A stretch of 64,000 bases of DNA from Myxococcota bacterium (GCA_965250285.1 OZ252299.1:595825-659824), one strand, 5' to 3'. Counted from the first letter of the stretch, positions 18,912 through 29,899 are shown. The notes: generated by a model not told the origin, from the letters alone. Made by a program: numbers and translations.

Positions 18912-19613
18912 GTGTCCCACATCCTGATCGTCGAAGACGAGGCCCACATCGCCGAGGGTCTCCGCTTCAATCTCGAGGCCGAGGGCTACGCGGTCGACGT
19001 CGTCGGCGATGGCCGGGCCGCGACCGAGGAGCTGGCGCGCGAGGATTGCGACGTCGATCTGGTGATCCTCGACCTGATGCTGCCCGAGATGAACGGCTTC
19101 GAGGTGGCGCGGCGGATGCGGGCCGCGGGCAACTACGCGTCGATCCTCATGTTGACGGCGCTCGATGGCTCGGCCGACGTGGTGCGGGGGCTCGAAGAGG
19201 GCGCCGACGACTATCTGACGAAGCCGTTTCGTCTCGAAGAGCTGCTCGCGCGCGTACGGGGGCTGCTGCGTCGTCGTCGCTGGGACGGCGTCGACGACGC
19301 GCCCGACAAGCCGCGGGTGGTCGAGTTCGGCGAGGCGAAGCTGCACCTCGATCGTTTCGAGCTCGAGACGCAGGGCGAGACGATTCGCCTCACGACGCGC
19401 GAGATGGGGCTGCTCCGCGCGTTGATCGAGCGTGAGGGTGAGGTCGTGACGCGGGGCGAACTGCTCGAAGAGGTCTGGGGTTTGCGCCCCGATACGCGAA
19501 CCCGCGTCATCGACAGCTTCATCGTGCGGCTGCGTCGTTACATCGAGACCGACCCGGCACGGCCGCGACACATCGTGTCGGTTCGTGGCCACGGCTACCG
19601 CTTTCAGAGATAG
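18912..19613 (+). CDS. OmpR-family response regulator
   Basis: ILIVEDE, LDLMLP, GADDYLTKPF; winged-helix C-terminus with VRGHGYRF. Confidence 0.95.
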   Translation: MSHILIVEDEAHIAEGLRFNLEAEGYAVDVVGDGRAATEELAREDCDVDLVILDLMLPEMNGFEVARRMRAAGNYASILMLTALDGSADVVRGLEEGADDYLTKPFRLEELLARVRGLLRRRRWDGVDDAPDKPRVVEFGEAKLHLDRFELETQGETIRLTTREMGLLRALIEREGEVVTRGELLEEVWGLRPDTRTRVIDSFIVRLRRYIETDPARPRHIVSVRGHGYRFQR

Positions 19614-19733
19614 CGTCGACCGCGGTGCCACCCGACGACGCGCAGGCTTCGACTTTCGTACCCGCTGTGCGTGACACGACGTTCGCACATCGGCCCTTGT
19701 GGCGTCGACGGAGAACGTGCCACTCTTTCTGTC

Positions 19734-20513
19734 GTGGACTCACCGCTTCGGTTTCACGTGCGCCCCGAGCTCGATCGTCCCTGGCTGCTTCTCGCCTTCG
19801 AAGGCTGGAACGACGCCGGTGAGGCGGGGACGACGGCGCTTCGGTACGTCTCGGATTCGATGCGCTCGGTGCCGCTGGCCGACGTCGATCCCGACGAGTT
19901 CTACGACTTCACCGTGCGTCGACCGCTCGTCTCGATCGATGACGAAGGCGAGCGCCATGTCGATTGGCCCGCGACCGAGTTTCGCTACGGCACGCTCGTC
20001 GATGGCCGCGAGCTGGTCATCGGCGTCGGGGTCGAGCCGCACTTCCGGTGGCGCCGGTACTGCGACGCCGTGGTCGATCTCGCGCTCGACATGGGAGTTC
20101 AGCAGGTCGCGCTCGTCGGCGGGTACCTCGCCGACGTGGTGTACAGCCAGCCCGTCGCGTTGACCGGTCTGGCGACGGAGCCCGTCGACCTCGAAGCGCT
20201 CGGTGTGTCGACGTCACGCTACGAGGGGCCGATCGGCATCCTCGGCGTGCTCGACGAGCGGCTCCGGCGTGAAGGCCTCTCGGTCACGAGCATCTGGGCC
20301 GGCTTGCCGCACTACATCGACGCCTCTCCCAACCCGCGCGGTGCACTCGCCCTCGTGCACAAGCTCGGCGAGCTGGTCGAGATGGAGGTCGACGACGCGG
20401 CGCTTCGGCTCGAAGCGGCCGAGTTCGAAGAGCGGGTATCGAAGGTCGTGGCTGCGGATGCAGAGCTCGCGGACTACGTGCGGCGGCTGAAGAAGCGGGA
20501 GTTTGCGCAGTAG
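19734..20513 (+). CDS. PAC2 family protein
   Basis: AFEGWNDAGEA, DPDEFYDFTVRRP, GVEPHFRWRRY, IWAGLPHYI and PNPRGALAL. Start uncertain (ORF open to 19671). Confidence 0.85.
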   Translation: MDSPLRFHVRPELDRPWLLLAFEGWNDAGEAGTTALRYVSDSMRSVPLADVDPDEFYDFTVRRPLVSIDDEGERHVDWPATEFRYGTLVDGRELVIGVGVEPHFRWRRYCDAVVDLALDMGVQQVALVGGYLADVVYSQPVALTGLATEPVDLEALGVSTSRYEGPIGILGVLDERLRREGLSVTSIWAGLPHYIDASPNPRGALALVHKLGELVEMEVDDAALRLEAAEFEERVSKVVAADAELADYVRRLKKREFAQ

Positions 20514-20550
20514 CGGTTTCGCGTGCGCGTGGACGTGAGCGGTTGCTCGG

Positions 20551-20684
20551 TTCGCGTTTTCGGGGTGTCGTCCTCAGATTCCGGCGGGCCCGTTCTGCCG
20601 AAACGATTCGCATCTGCTCGTTTGGTGCCGCTTGGGTTGGGCTGGCCCGCCTTCAACTTGCGGGCGCCACCCCGAAAACGCGAA
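20551..20684 (+). repeat. Hairpin element copy 1 (outer stem, internal loop, inner stem, 55-nt variable centre)
   Basis: Perfect 17-bp outer IR 20551-20567/20668-20684. Cores CGTCCTCAGATTCCGGCGGGC and GCCCGCCTTCAACTTGCGGGCGCC are shared with copy 2. Confidence 0.85.
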
Positions 20685-20917
20685 GCGTCGATCGAGTGGC
20701 CGCGTGCTTGCTTGGAGAGGGGGGCTCGTCGCGGCCTGGCGGGCCGCGGCTCGCCGCTCTTGCAACGCCCCCGTCGAGATCGAACCACTCCGCGCGTGCG
20801 AGCTTGGCCAAAGCAACGCGAACCAACGGGGGACGAGGCCTGAAGGCCGAGGCCCCGCTCCCAACCAAAGAGAATGGGGGGCGCACCGCTTCTGGGATCG
20901 AGTCCCACGGCGCGTCT

Positions 20918-21051
20918 CGGGTTTTCGAGGGGGGCGCCCGCAAGTTGGAGGCGGGCGCCAAAGCAGCTCAAGTGTTGCGGCCCAGGCGAAAGCGCCCCAA
21001 TCCCGTACAGCCAGCCCGCCGGAATCTGAGGACGCCCCCCTCGAAAACCCG
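20918..21051 (-). repeat. Hairpin element copy 2 (inverted relative to copy 1)
   Basis: Perfect 19-bp outer IR 20918-20936/21033-21051. Same two cores on the minus strand (21/21 and 23/24 identical); unrelated 57-nt centre. Confidence 0.85.
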
Positions 21052-21074
21052 CCCGGGCACAACCTTCGAACGAG

Positions 21075-21323
21075 CTAAAGCTCGATCGACTCCTCCACCA
21101 GCATCACCGGAATATCATCATCCACCACGTACAGCACCCGCCCGTCTTCTCGCACCAACCCTTCGGCGATCGCCTTCTCGGGCTTGTCACCGCCCCGGTT
21201 GCGCAGGGTGCCGGCCTTGATCTTCTCGTTCAGGTCGGCGACCACGCCAGCGTCGGCGACGCTCAGCGCTTGCTTCGTCTCGGGGCAGACCAGGATCTCG
21301 AGCAGCTCGGCGTTGACGGGCAT
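21075..21323 (-). CDS. Trm112-like (UPF0434) small protein
   Basis: LLEILVCPETKQ...LYVVDDDIPVMLVEES; RBS AGGAG upstream. Confidence 0.85.
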   Translation of the reverse strand: MPVNAELLEILVCPETKQALSVADAGVVADLNEKIKAGTLRNRGGDKPEKAIAEGLVREDGRVLYVVDDDIPVMLVEESIEL

Positions 21324-21379
21324 CGGGGTTCTCCTTGCAGGGCGTGCCCGGGCGGGAGCCCGGGCGTGGGCGCCGGACT

Positions 21380-22612
<1,233 letters not shown>

Positions 22613-22661
22613 GGGGTTCTCCTGCGATCTGATTGTGAAGGTGGGCGCGTGCGCGAGTGAC

Positions 22662-23741
22662 TCAGATCTGTGTCATGGCTTCGAGGCTGCTCGTGAAACC
22701 GACGGCGTTGCGCAGGTACATCTCGGGCAGGTAGTCACGAATGAAGCCGTGGCCGCCGAAGACCTGCACCGAGTCGTCGGCGCACTTGAGCGCGACTTGC
22801 TTGGCCTGGTTGTAGGCGAGCGTGGCCTTGCGGCTCGCATCCACGCCCTGGTCGAGGTCGTTTGCCGCCTCCCAGGTCAAGAGTCGCGCGGCGTCGATCT
22901 CGATCGCCATGTCGGCGAGCTTGAACGCGATGGCCTGCCGCGTCGCGATCGGCGCGCCGAACGTCTCGCGCTCCTTCGCGTAGTCGCGGGCGATCTCGAA
23001 CGCCGCCCGCGCCATGCCTACGGCGCACGCGGCGAGGCCGACCCGCCCGCGGTGCACGACCGACCGGACGTCGCCGCCGAGCTTGGCGCTCGCATCGACG
23101 CGCACGTTCGAGAGCGTCAGCTCGGCCGTCGGGATGCCGCGCAGGCCGACGTTCTTCTCACGCTCGGCGCTGAGCCCGTCGGCGTCGCGCGGCACGACGT
23201 AGGCGCCGAGCTCGCCGCCGTCCGCGGCGAACACGAGCACGTGTCGGCCCCCGTCGAGCCAGGGCACCTGGGCCTTCTGGCCATCGATCACGATCGTGTC
23301 GCCGTCCTGCTTGGCGGTCGTCTGCGGTCGGTAGGGGTCGCTGTCCCAACGCGGCTCGGTGATCGCGAGCGCACCGGGGACGAAGGCGTCGCCGAGCAGC
23401 GTGGGCAGGATCTCGGCCTGCAGGGCCTCGCTGCCGAGCGTGGCCACCGGTATGCCCAGCAGCCCCGGGGACAGGATCGCCAGCGCCGTCGAGACGTCGC
23501 CCCAGGCGAGCTCCTCCGCGATCAGGCAGCCGGTCATCGCGCTCGGCTCCCCGCCGCCGCCGTGGGCTTCGGGCAGGCCATTCGCCACGAGGCCGAGCTC
23601 GTGGGCGCCGGCGAGCAGCCCCGCGTCGGCCGCGGCGGCCTCGTCGCACTCGCGTGCCTTCGGGCGGATCTCGTTCTCGGCGAACTGCCGAACGGTCTCG
23701 ATGATGAGCGCCTGCTCTTCGGTGGGTTCGAAGTCGATCAT
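22662..23741 (-). CDS. Acyl-CoA dehydrogenase-like partner subunit (FadE24-like)
   Basis: MIDFEPTEEQ, LAITEP, RETFGAPI, QAIAFKLADM and VQVFGGHGFIRDY; lacks the IYEGT-type C-terminal motif. Confidence 0.88.
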   Translation of the reverse strand: MIDFEPTEEQALIIETVRQFAENEIRPKARECDEAAAADAGLLAGAHELGLVANGLPEAHGGGGEPSAMTGCLIAEELAWGDVSTALAILSPGLLGIPVATLGSEALQAEILPTLLGDAFVPGALAITEPRWDSDPYRPQTTAKQDGDTIVIDGQKAQVPWLDGGRHVLVFAADGGELGAYVVPRDADGLSAEREKNVGLRGIPTAELTLSNVRVDASAKLGGDVRSVVHRGRVGLAACAVGMARAAFEIARDYAKERETFGAPIATRQAIAFKLADMAIEIDAARLLTWEAANDLDQGVDASRKATLAYNQAKQVALKCADDSVQVFGGHGFIRDYLPEMYLRNAVGFTSSLEAMTQI

Positions 23742-24546
23742 GGGGATCCTCTGTGGGGCAGCCTTCGCGCGCCGCGCGGGCGCCGATGCTGAGGGGGCGC
23801 GGCCCCGGTGCGGGGAGCGAGCCCTGGGTTTCGACTCTGACTCGGACCGAGAGCGGGCGCTCTCTGAGCCCGGGCTCTCGGAGTGCTCGCTCCAGTCCTG
23901 GTGCCGCGGCCGCTGGGCCACCTCGACGTGCGATCGCGGCCGCCTCGGCAGCGCCGGCACGGACGAAGGCGTTCGGTGTGCTCGGCCGCGTACGGGTCAC
24001 GCTGATCGGGCGCAGCTCGATGGTGCGCGCGACGGCTCGCAGTCTATCAAGCGCCCGTCGCGGTTGCTCGGTGCACCGACCCGATGCACTCCGCCGCGTC
24101 CGCCGCGCTTTCGTGCCTCGAGGACGGGTGTGGCTTCGCCGCAACGATGCGCTGCGTTGGGGCGACACGAGCCGACGTGGAAACTCCTGCTCGCACGCGT
24201 GGTTGACGAGGTGCAGGGACCGTTGTAACACCCTGCGCGTCGCTGCCGCGACACGCTGATTCGCTGCTCAAGTGCATCCGGAATCAGTGGTTTTCGAGCG
24301 CGAACCGGCCATGATCGTCGCATCCGCACCGACGAGCTGTGCCGAGGCCCGATAGGGCCGAACCGACCCGCGTGGTCGGGCGAGACGGACGGAGGGTCGT
24401 CAGACCGTCCTCCACCGAATCAACGCAGCCATGACGTTCGCTCGATCGGCGAAGTCGTGGTCGCGCAGCCAGTCGGGCCGTCGTGCGCGCGTCACATCGA
24501 CGCACACACGTGAGCGCCGACGAGCCGAAGGGCTGACGTCTCGAGG

Positions 24547-25290
24547 ATGAACATGCATCGCCAGGATGGTCGAGTCAGGTGTTGGAAGGCCGCGAGTGGT
24601 CTTCTGGTTCCCGCGCTCTTCGCCGTTCTCTTCTTGTGCCTGGGGTCGACTGCGGCCCAGGCCAGAGACGGTGAGGTGCTCGTGGCCGACAGTGTTTGTC
24701 GAGCGCACGAGCTGCGCTTCATGCAGGAAAACGATCCCGAGCTGCAAATCGAGATCCCGGCCGAGTTCGCGGGACCGTGGCCCTCGCGCAGCGCTTGCGA
24801 GAGCGCGGTCCTGGCCTGGGATCCCGAGGCGCCTGGGCCGAAGCAGCCGATCCCGTTCAGTCACAAGCACCACGCGGGTGAGTTCGGCATGGACTGCCTC
24901 TACTGCCATACCGGCACCGACCGCTCGCAGGCCGCGGGCGTTCCGTCCGTCGAGCTCTGCATGGGTTGCCACGCGCAGTTCCCCGCGACGTACGACGAGA
25001 TCGAGGGCATCCGCATCTTGAAGGCGGCCTGGGAGACGAAGCAGCCGATCCTGTGGAATCAGATCCACCGGCTGCCCGAGCACGTGCAGTTCCGGCACAA
25101 CCGCCACATCAAGGCGGGGCTCGACTGCCAGGAGTGCCACGGCCCCGTCGAAGAGATGGACAAGGTCTACCTGGTCCCCGACACGCAGTGGAAGTACTTC
25201 GTGCCCGCCCAGAAGATGGAGATGGGCTGGTGCATCGACTGTCACGAGGAGAAGGGCGCTTCGAAAGACTGTCTGAAGTGCCACTACTGA
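24547..25290 (+). CDS. actA: Alternative complex III pentaheme cytochrome c subunit
   Basis: Five CxxCH motifs; QPIPFSHKHH, LPEHVQFRH and MGWCIDCH; first gene of the act cluster. Start may be 24553. Confidence 0.9.
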   Translation: MNMHRQDGRVRCWKAASGLLVPALFAVLFLCLGSTAAQARDGEVLVADSVCRAHELRFMQENDPELQIEIPAEFAGPWPSRSACESAVLAWDPEAPGPKQPIPFSHKHHAGEFGMDCLYCHTGTDRSQAAGVPSVELCMGCHAQFPATYDEIEGIRILKAAWETKQPILWNQIHRLPEHVQFRHNRHIKAGLDCQECHGPVEEMDKVYLVPDTQWKYFVPAQKMEMGWCIDCHEEKGASKDCLKCHY

Positions 25291-25481
25291 GACAGCGCGA
25301 AGAGTAAGAAGACGCTCATCATCGAACGGCCCTGAAGCCTCAATCGAGCCGAGCTGCACGAAGCGCGTGGCGAGAGAGAGAAAGAAAGAGAACAGGGCGA
25401 GGACATCGACCCCAGGTCACCGAGCCGGCTGCGAGCGGCCGCCGGTCCCCGGAAACCCGGGACGAAACCCAGGACAACGAC

Positions 25482-28400
25482 ATGCCTGAGCTTGATCGAC
25501 GAGACTTCCTGAAGATTGTGGGCCTTGGGGCCGGCGCGGCTGCCGCGTCGGGCTGCTCGGACCCGATCGAGAAGCTCGTCCCCTACGTGATCCAGCCGGA
25601 GTCGGTCACCCCCGGCATCGCCACGATCTATGCATCGACCTGTCAGGAGTGCAGCCTCGGCTGTGGCCTCCACGTGCGCACGCGCGAAGGCCGGCCGATC
25701 AAGCTCGAAGGCAACCCCGATCATCCGATCAATCAGGGCGCGCTGTGCTCGCGGGGCCAGATGGGCCTCTCGCGCGCCTACCACCCCGATCGCTATGACA
25801 GCCCCAAGAAGCAGGGCGGCTCTGGCCTCGAGGCAACCGGCTGGGACGAGGCGATGGCCTCGCTCGGCGGCCAGATCGGCGAGGGCACCGTGGTGCTCGG
25901 CGGACCGGTCGGCCCGAGCCTGTCGGGTGTGATCGACGCATTCGTGACCGGCGTCGGTGGCCAGCGGATCGTGTACGAAGCGTTTTCGACCGATGCGCTG
26001 CGCACGGCGACCGAGAAGGTCTTCGGCGTCGCCACGCTGCCGATCTTCGACTTGACCGACACCGACCTCGTCGTCGACTTCGGCTACGACGTGATCGACA
26101 CGGGTAAGTCGTCCGTCGAGCATTCGCGTCAGCTGGCCGACGCCCGGGACGTCGAGAAGCACAAGGACGGCGGCGCGCGGCTCGTCTCGATCAGCCCGCG
26201 CATGAACCTCACCACGGGCAACGCCGACGAGTGGATCCCCGCGAAGCCCGGCAGCGAGGGGCTGATCGCTCTGGCCCTCGCCCAGGCCGTCGCGCAGAAG
26301 AAGGGCGCCGACGGCGCGCTTCAGGCCGCCCTCGACGGCGCCAATGCGAGCGACGCGGCCTCGAAGGCAGGCATCGACCAGGCCCAGCTCGACGCACTGG
26401 CGGACCGGCTCGCAAGCGCCAAGAACGCGATCGCGCTGCCGCCCGGCGTCGCCGTCACGTCGAGCGTGGCCGTTTCGGCGAATGCGGCGGTGCTGCTGCT
26501 GAACGCGGCCATCGGTGCCGTGGGCAACGCCGTGACTCTGCCCGCTCCGACGGGTGCCGCGACCGCGACATACGCCGAGCTGGAGCAGCTCGTCGATGCC
26601 ATGAACTCCGGCGCGGTCAAGACGCTGCTGATCCACGACAGCAACCCGGTCTATTCGCTGCCGACCTCGCTCGGCTTTGCCGAGGCGCTCGACAAGGTCG
26701 ACACCGTCGTCTCGTTCGCTTCGATGAAGGACGAGACGAGTGAGGCCGCGACCCTCGTGCTGCCCGACCATGCGCCCATGGAGGCCTGGGGCGACGCCGA
26801 GCCGCGTCCTGGAGTCCGGTCGATCGTGCAGCCGACGCTGCGCCCGCTGATGGATACGCGAGCGCTGGGCGACACCCTGCTCGAGCTCGGCCGCGCCAAG
26901 GGCGCGACGATGCCCGAGGGCTCGTTCCACGAGGTCGTCAAGGCGAACTGGGCCGAGACCGACTGGGTGACCGCGCTCTCGAACGGCGGTCTCTTCGGCG
27001 AGGTGCAGACGGTGCCGGCCGAGGTGCAGAGCGTCGCGGGGATCGACCCGGGCGCGCCCTCGTTCGAGGGAGACGGCGACTTCATGCTGGTCGCCTTCCC
27101 GCACTCGTTCCAGACCGATGGCAGCGGAGCGAGCTTGCCGTGGGCACAGGAGGTACCCGACCCGGTCACCAAGATCAGCTGGAACAGCTGGGTCGAGATG
27201 AGTCAGACCAAGGCCGAAGAGATCGGCGTCACGTTTGGTGATGTCGTGCGCGTCCGGACCCCGGGCGGTGACCTCGAGCTCTCGGTGTATCCGCGCGGCG
27301 GCATCCGCGATGACGTGATTGCGATTCCGACGGGCCAGGGCCACACCGTTGGCTTCTACTCGTCGATGGCGACCGAGGTCGACCAGGTCGACGTCGAGCC
27401 CGGCACCGCGCGGGGCGTGAACGTGCTCTCGGTTCTGCCGGGCGCCGCGGGCGAAGACGGCACGCGCGTCTACCTCGGCACAAAGGCCGCCATCGAGAAG
27501 ACCGGCCGATTCCGGCGTCTGGCCCTCTCTCAGTGGACGGACAACCAGCGCGGTCGCGATCTCGCCCCGACGCTGTCGCTGATGGAGCTCGCCGAAGACA
27601 CCCACAAGGTGGCCCACTTCGCCGCGCAGTCGGCCGAGGATGGCGATGATCACGGCGCAGGGCACGGCGACGACGTGCCCCACGGCGGCGACGATCACCA
27701 CCTCCTGCCCTTCGACCCGGCCTACGACGCGAAGCCCGGTCAGCCCTATCGCTGGGGCATGGTGATCGACAACGATCGCTGCGACGGCTGCAGCGCCTGC
27801 ATCACCGCCTGCTACATCGAGAACAACGTCTCGATCGTGGGCGAGACCCAGGCGATCAAGCATCGCGAAATGACCTGGCTGCGCATCGAGCGGTACATCG
27901 GCGATGGAGATCGCGAAGGCGGCGAGTCGCGTCGGCCGTATCCGACGCTCGAGCGGCTCGGTGACACCGACGTCCGCCACCTCGCGATGCCTTGCCAGCA
28001 CTGCGGCGCGGCGCCCTGCGAGGCGGTGTGCCCGGTCATCGGCACGTACCACACCGACGAAGGCCTGAATGGCATGGTCTACAACCGCTGCGTCGGCACT
28101 CGCTACTGCGCGAACAACTGCGTGTACAAGGTGCGCCGGTTCAACTACTGGGATTACGGCAACAAGAACTGGCCCGGCATGCTCGGCATGATGCTGAACC
28201 CCGATGTCACCGTGCGGCAGCAGGGTGTCATGGAGAAGTGCAGCTTCTGTGTCCAGCGCATCGAGCAGGCGCGACAGCCCGCCAAGGACGCCGGCCGCCC
28301 GATTCGCGACGGCGAAGTCGTGACGGCCTGCCAGCAGACGTGCCCGAGCGGCGCCATCACGTTCGGCAACTGGCGTGAAGAAGACGCTCAGATCAACAAG

Positions 28401-28514
28401 CTCGTGAACGACAATCCACGCAACTACAACGTGCTGCATGTCCTGAATGCCAGACCGGCTGTCAGCTACCTCGCGCAGGTCACGCGCGAAGATCAGGAGG
28501 GGCACCACTCATGA
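25482..28514 (+). CDS. actB: Alternative complex III ActB (molybdopterin-oxidoreductase-like domain fused to Fe-S domain)
   Basis: Tat motif DRRDFLK, lipobox ASGC, GRPIKLEGNPDHP; Fe-S motifs CDGCSACITAC, CQHCGAAPC, CVGTRYCANNC and MEKCSFC. Confidence 0.92.
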   Translation: MPELDRRDFLKIVGLGAGAAAASGCSDPIEKLVPYVIQPESVTPGIATIYASTCQECSLGCGLHVRTREGRPIKLEGNPDHPINQGALCSRGQMGLSRAYHPDRYDSPKKQGGSGLEATGWDEAMASLGGQIGEGTVVLGGPVGPSLSGVIDAFVTGVGGQRIVYEAFSTDALRTATEKVFGVATLPIFDLTDTDLVVDFGYDVIDTGKSSVEHSRQLADARDVEKHKDGGARLVSISPRMNLTTGNADEWIPAKPGSEGLIALALAQAVAQKKGADGALQAALDGANASDAASKAGIDQAQLDALADRLASAKNAIALPPGVAVTSSVAVSANAAVLLLNAAIGAVGNAVTLPAPTGAATATYAELEQLVDAMNSGAVKTLLIHDSNPVYSLPTSLGFAEALDKVDTVVSFASMKDETSEAATLVLPDHAPMEAWGDAEPRPGVRSIVQPTLRPLMDTRALGDTLLELGRAKGATMPEGSFHEVVKANWAETDWVTALSNGGLFGEVQTVPAEVQSVAGIDPGAPSFEGDGDFMLVAFPHSFQTDGSGASLPWAQEVPDPVTKISWNSWVEMSQTKAEEIGVTFGDVVRVRTPGGDLELSVYPRGGIRDDVIAIPTGQGHTVGFYSSMATEVDQVDVEPGTARGVNVLSVLPGAAGEDGTRVYLGTKAAIEKTGRFRRLALSQWTDNQRGRDLAPTLSLMELAEDTHKVAHFAAQSAEDGDDHGAGHGDDVPHGGDDHHLLPFDPAYDAKPGQPYRWGMVIDNDRCDGCSACITACYIENNVSIVGETQAIKHREMTWLRIERYIGDGDREGGESRRPYPTLERLGDTDVRHLAMPCQHCGAAPCEAVCPVIGTYHTDEGLNGMVYNRCVGTRYCANNCVYKVRRFNYWDYGNKNWPGMLGMMLNPDVTVRQQGVMEKCSFCVQRIEQARQPAKDAGRPIRDGEVVTACQQTCPSGAITFGNWREEDAQINKLVNDNPRNYNVLHVLNARPAVSYLAQVTREDQEGHHS

Positions 28515-29899
28515 CGCCTCCGCCTCCCGTGTCCGCCACGATGGACGCAGCGGGATCGATCCCCACTGGTGCGGAATCGACCCCGCCGCGCGATTCGCAG
28601 GCGAACATCGACATCCTCGCGCATACGCGAGGCACGACCTGGCACTACTGGGTCGCGCTCGCCATCGTGCTATTGGGCGTGGCCCAGGCCGCGGTGCTGC
28701 TCATCTATCAGATGTACGCGGGCCTCGGGGTCGCCGGCTACCAGGCGCCGATCTTCTGGGGCGTGTACATCATCACGTTCGTGTTCTGGATCGGCATCGG
28801 CCACGCCGGTACGTTGATCTCGGCCATTCTGTTCTTGTTCAGGGCGAAATGGCGAAATGCGATCAACCGCGGCGCCGAGACGATGACCGTCTTCGCCGTG
28901 CTGACGGCCGCGATCTTCCCGGCGATTCACATCGGTCGTATGTGGAAGTTCTACTTCCTTCTTCCGTACCCGAATCAGCGCCAGCTCTGGGTGAACTTCA
29001 AGAGCCCGCTCCTCTGGGACGTGTTCGCGGTCAACACCTACCTGCTCGTCTCGCTCATCTTCTTCTTCATCGGCCTGATCCCCGACATCGCGATCGCGCG
29101 TGATCGCTCGACGGGTCTCAAGAAGGTGCTCTACTCGATCCTGTCGCTCGGTTGGCAGGGCACGGGCAAGCAGTGGAAGGCGCACAGCCGCGCCGTTCTG
29201 CACCTCTCGGGCATCGCGACCCCGCTGGTGCTCTCGGTGCACTCGGTCGTTTCGTGGGACTTCGCGATGTCGATCGTGCCGGGCTGGCACGCGACGATCT
29301 TCGCCCCCTACTTCGTGGCCGGCGCCATCTTCGGCGGCTTCGCCATGGTGATCGTGGTGATGATTCCGGTGCGCCGCATCTTCGGCCTGCAGGAGTACAT
29401 CACCGAGTACCACTTCGAGAACATGTCGAGGTTCATCCTGCTGACCTCGATCATCTGCGGCTACGCGTACGGCGCCGAGTACTTCATCGCCTGGTACAGC
29501 GGCGTCGAGTTCGAGCAGACGTCGTTCTGGCTGCGGCTGTTCGGTCCGTACTGGTTCTCGACCTGGTGCATGATCGTCTTCAACGTCTTCTTCCCACAGC
29601 TGCTGTGGTTCAAGAAGCTGCGAACGAACCTGCCTTTCCTCTTCGTGCTGTGCTGGTTCATCAACATCGGCATGTGGTTCGAGCGCTACGTCATCATCAT
29701 CACGTCGCTCTCGCGTGAGTACATCCCCGGTGCCTGGGGTCTGTACATCCCGAGCCCGCTCGAGCTCGCCGTGCTGGCTGGCAGCTTCTGCTGGTTCTCG
29801 ATGTTCTTCCTGATCTTCCTGAAGCTCTTCCCGATCATCGCGATCTCTGAGGTGAAGGAACTGACGATCCACGCCAAGGATCACGGGGGGGCGCACTGA
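28511..29899 (+). CDS. actC: Alternative complex III ActC (NrfD/PsrC family)
   Basis: FVFWIGIGHAGTLISAIL, SPLLWDVFAV, VLSVHSVVSWDF and GMWFERYVII. Confidence 0.93.
   Translation: MTPPPPVSATMDAAGSIPTGAESTPPRDSQANIDILAHTRGTTWHYWVALAIVLLGVAQAAVLLIYQMYAGLGVAGYQAPIFWGVYIITFVFWIGIGHAGTLISAILFLFRAKWRNAINRGAETMTVFAVLTAAIFPAIHIGRMWKFYFLLPYPNQRQLWVNFKSPLLWDVFAVNTYLLVSLIFFFIGLIPDIAIARDRSTGLKKVLYSILSLGWQGTGKQWKAHSRAVLHLSGIATPLVLSVHSVVSWDFAMSIVPGWHATIFAPYFVAGAIFGGFAMVIVVMIPVRRIFGLQEYITEYHFENMSRFILLTSIICGYAYGAEYFIAWYSGVEFEQTSFWLRLFGPYWFSTWCMIVFNVFFPQLLWFKKLRTNLPFLFVLCWFINIGMWFERYVIIITSLSREYIPGAWGLYIPSPLELAVLAGSFCWFSMFFLIFLKLFPIIAISEVKELTIHAKDHGGAH

Noticed and set aside
20551-21051. CRISPR mini-array, integron attC or classical MITE interpretation of the paired hairpins
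   Set aside because: The copies are inverted rather than direct, with no cas genes. There are no RYYYAAC/GTTRRRY ends or intI, and no target-site duplication. Kept as an unclassified element.
23846-23882. Nested palindromes (GAGAGC/GCTCTC, GAGCCCGGGCTC) upstream of the ACAD operon as a TetR operator
   Set aside because: GC-rich short palindromes are common here, and no regulator gene or second copy was found.
25288-25335. Read-through of the actA TGA (selenocysteine or extension to the next TGA)
   Set aside because: ActA normally ends right after the last CxxCH, and no SECIS-like hairpin follows.
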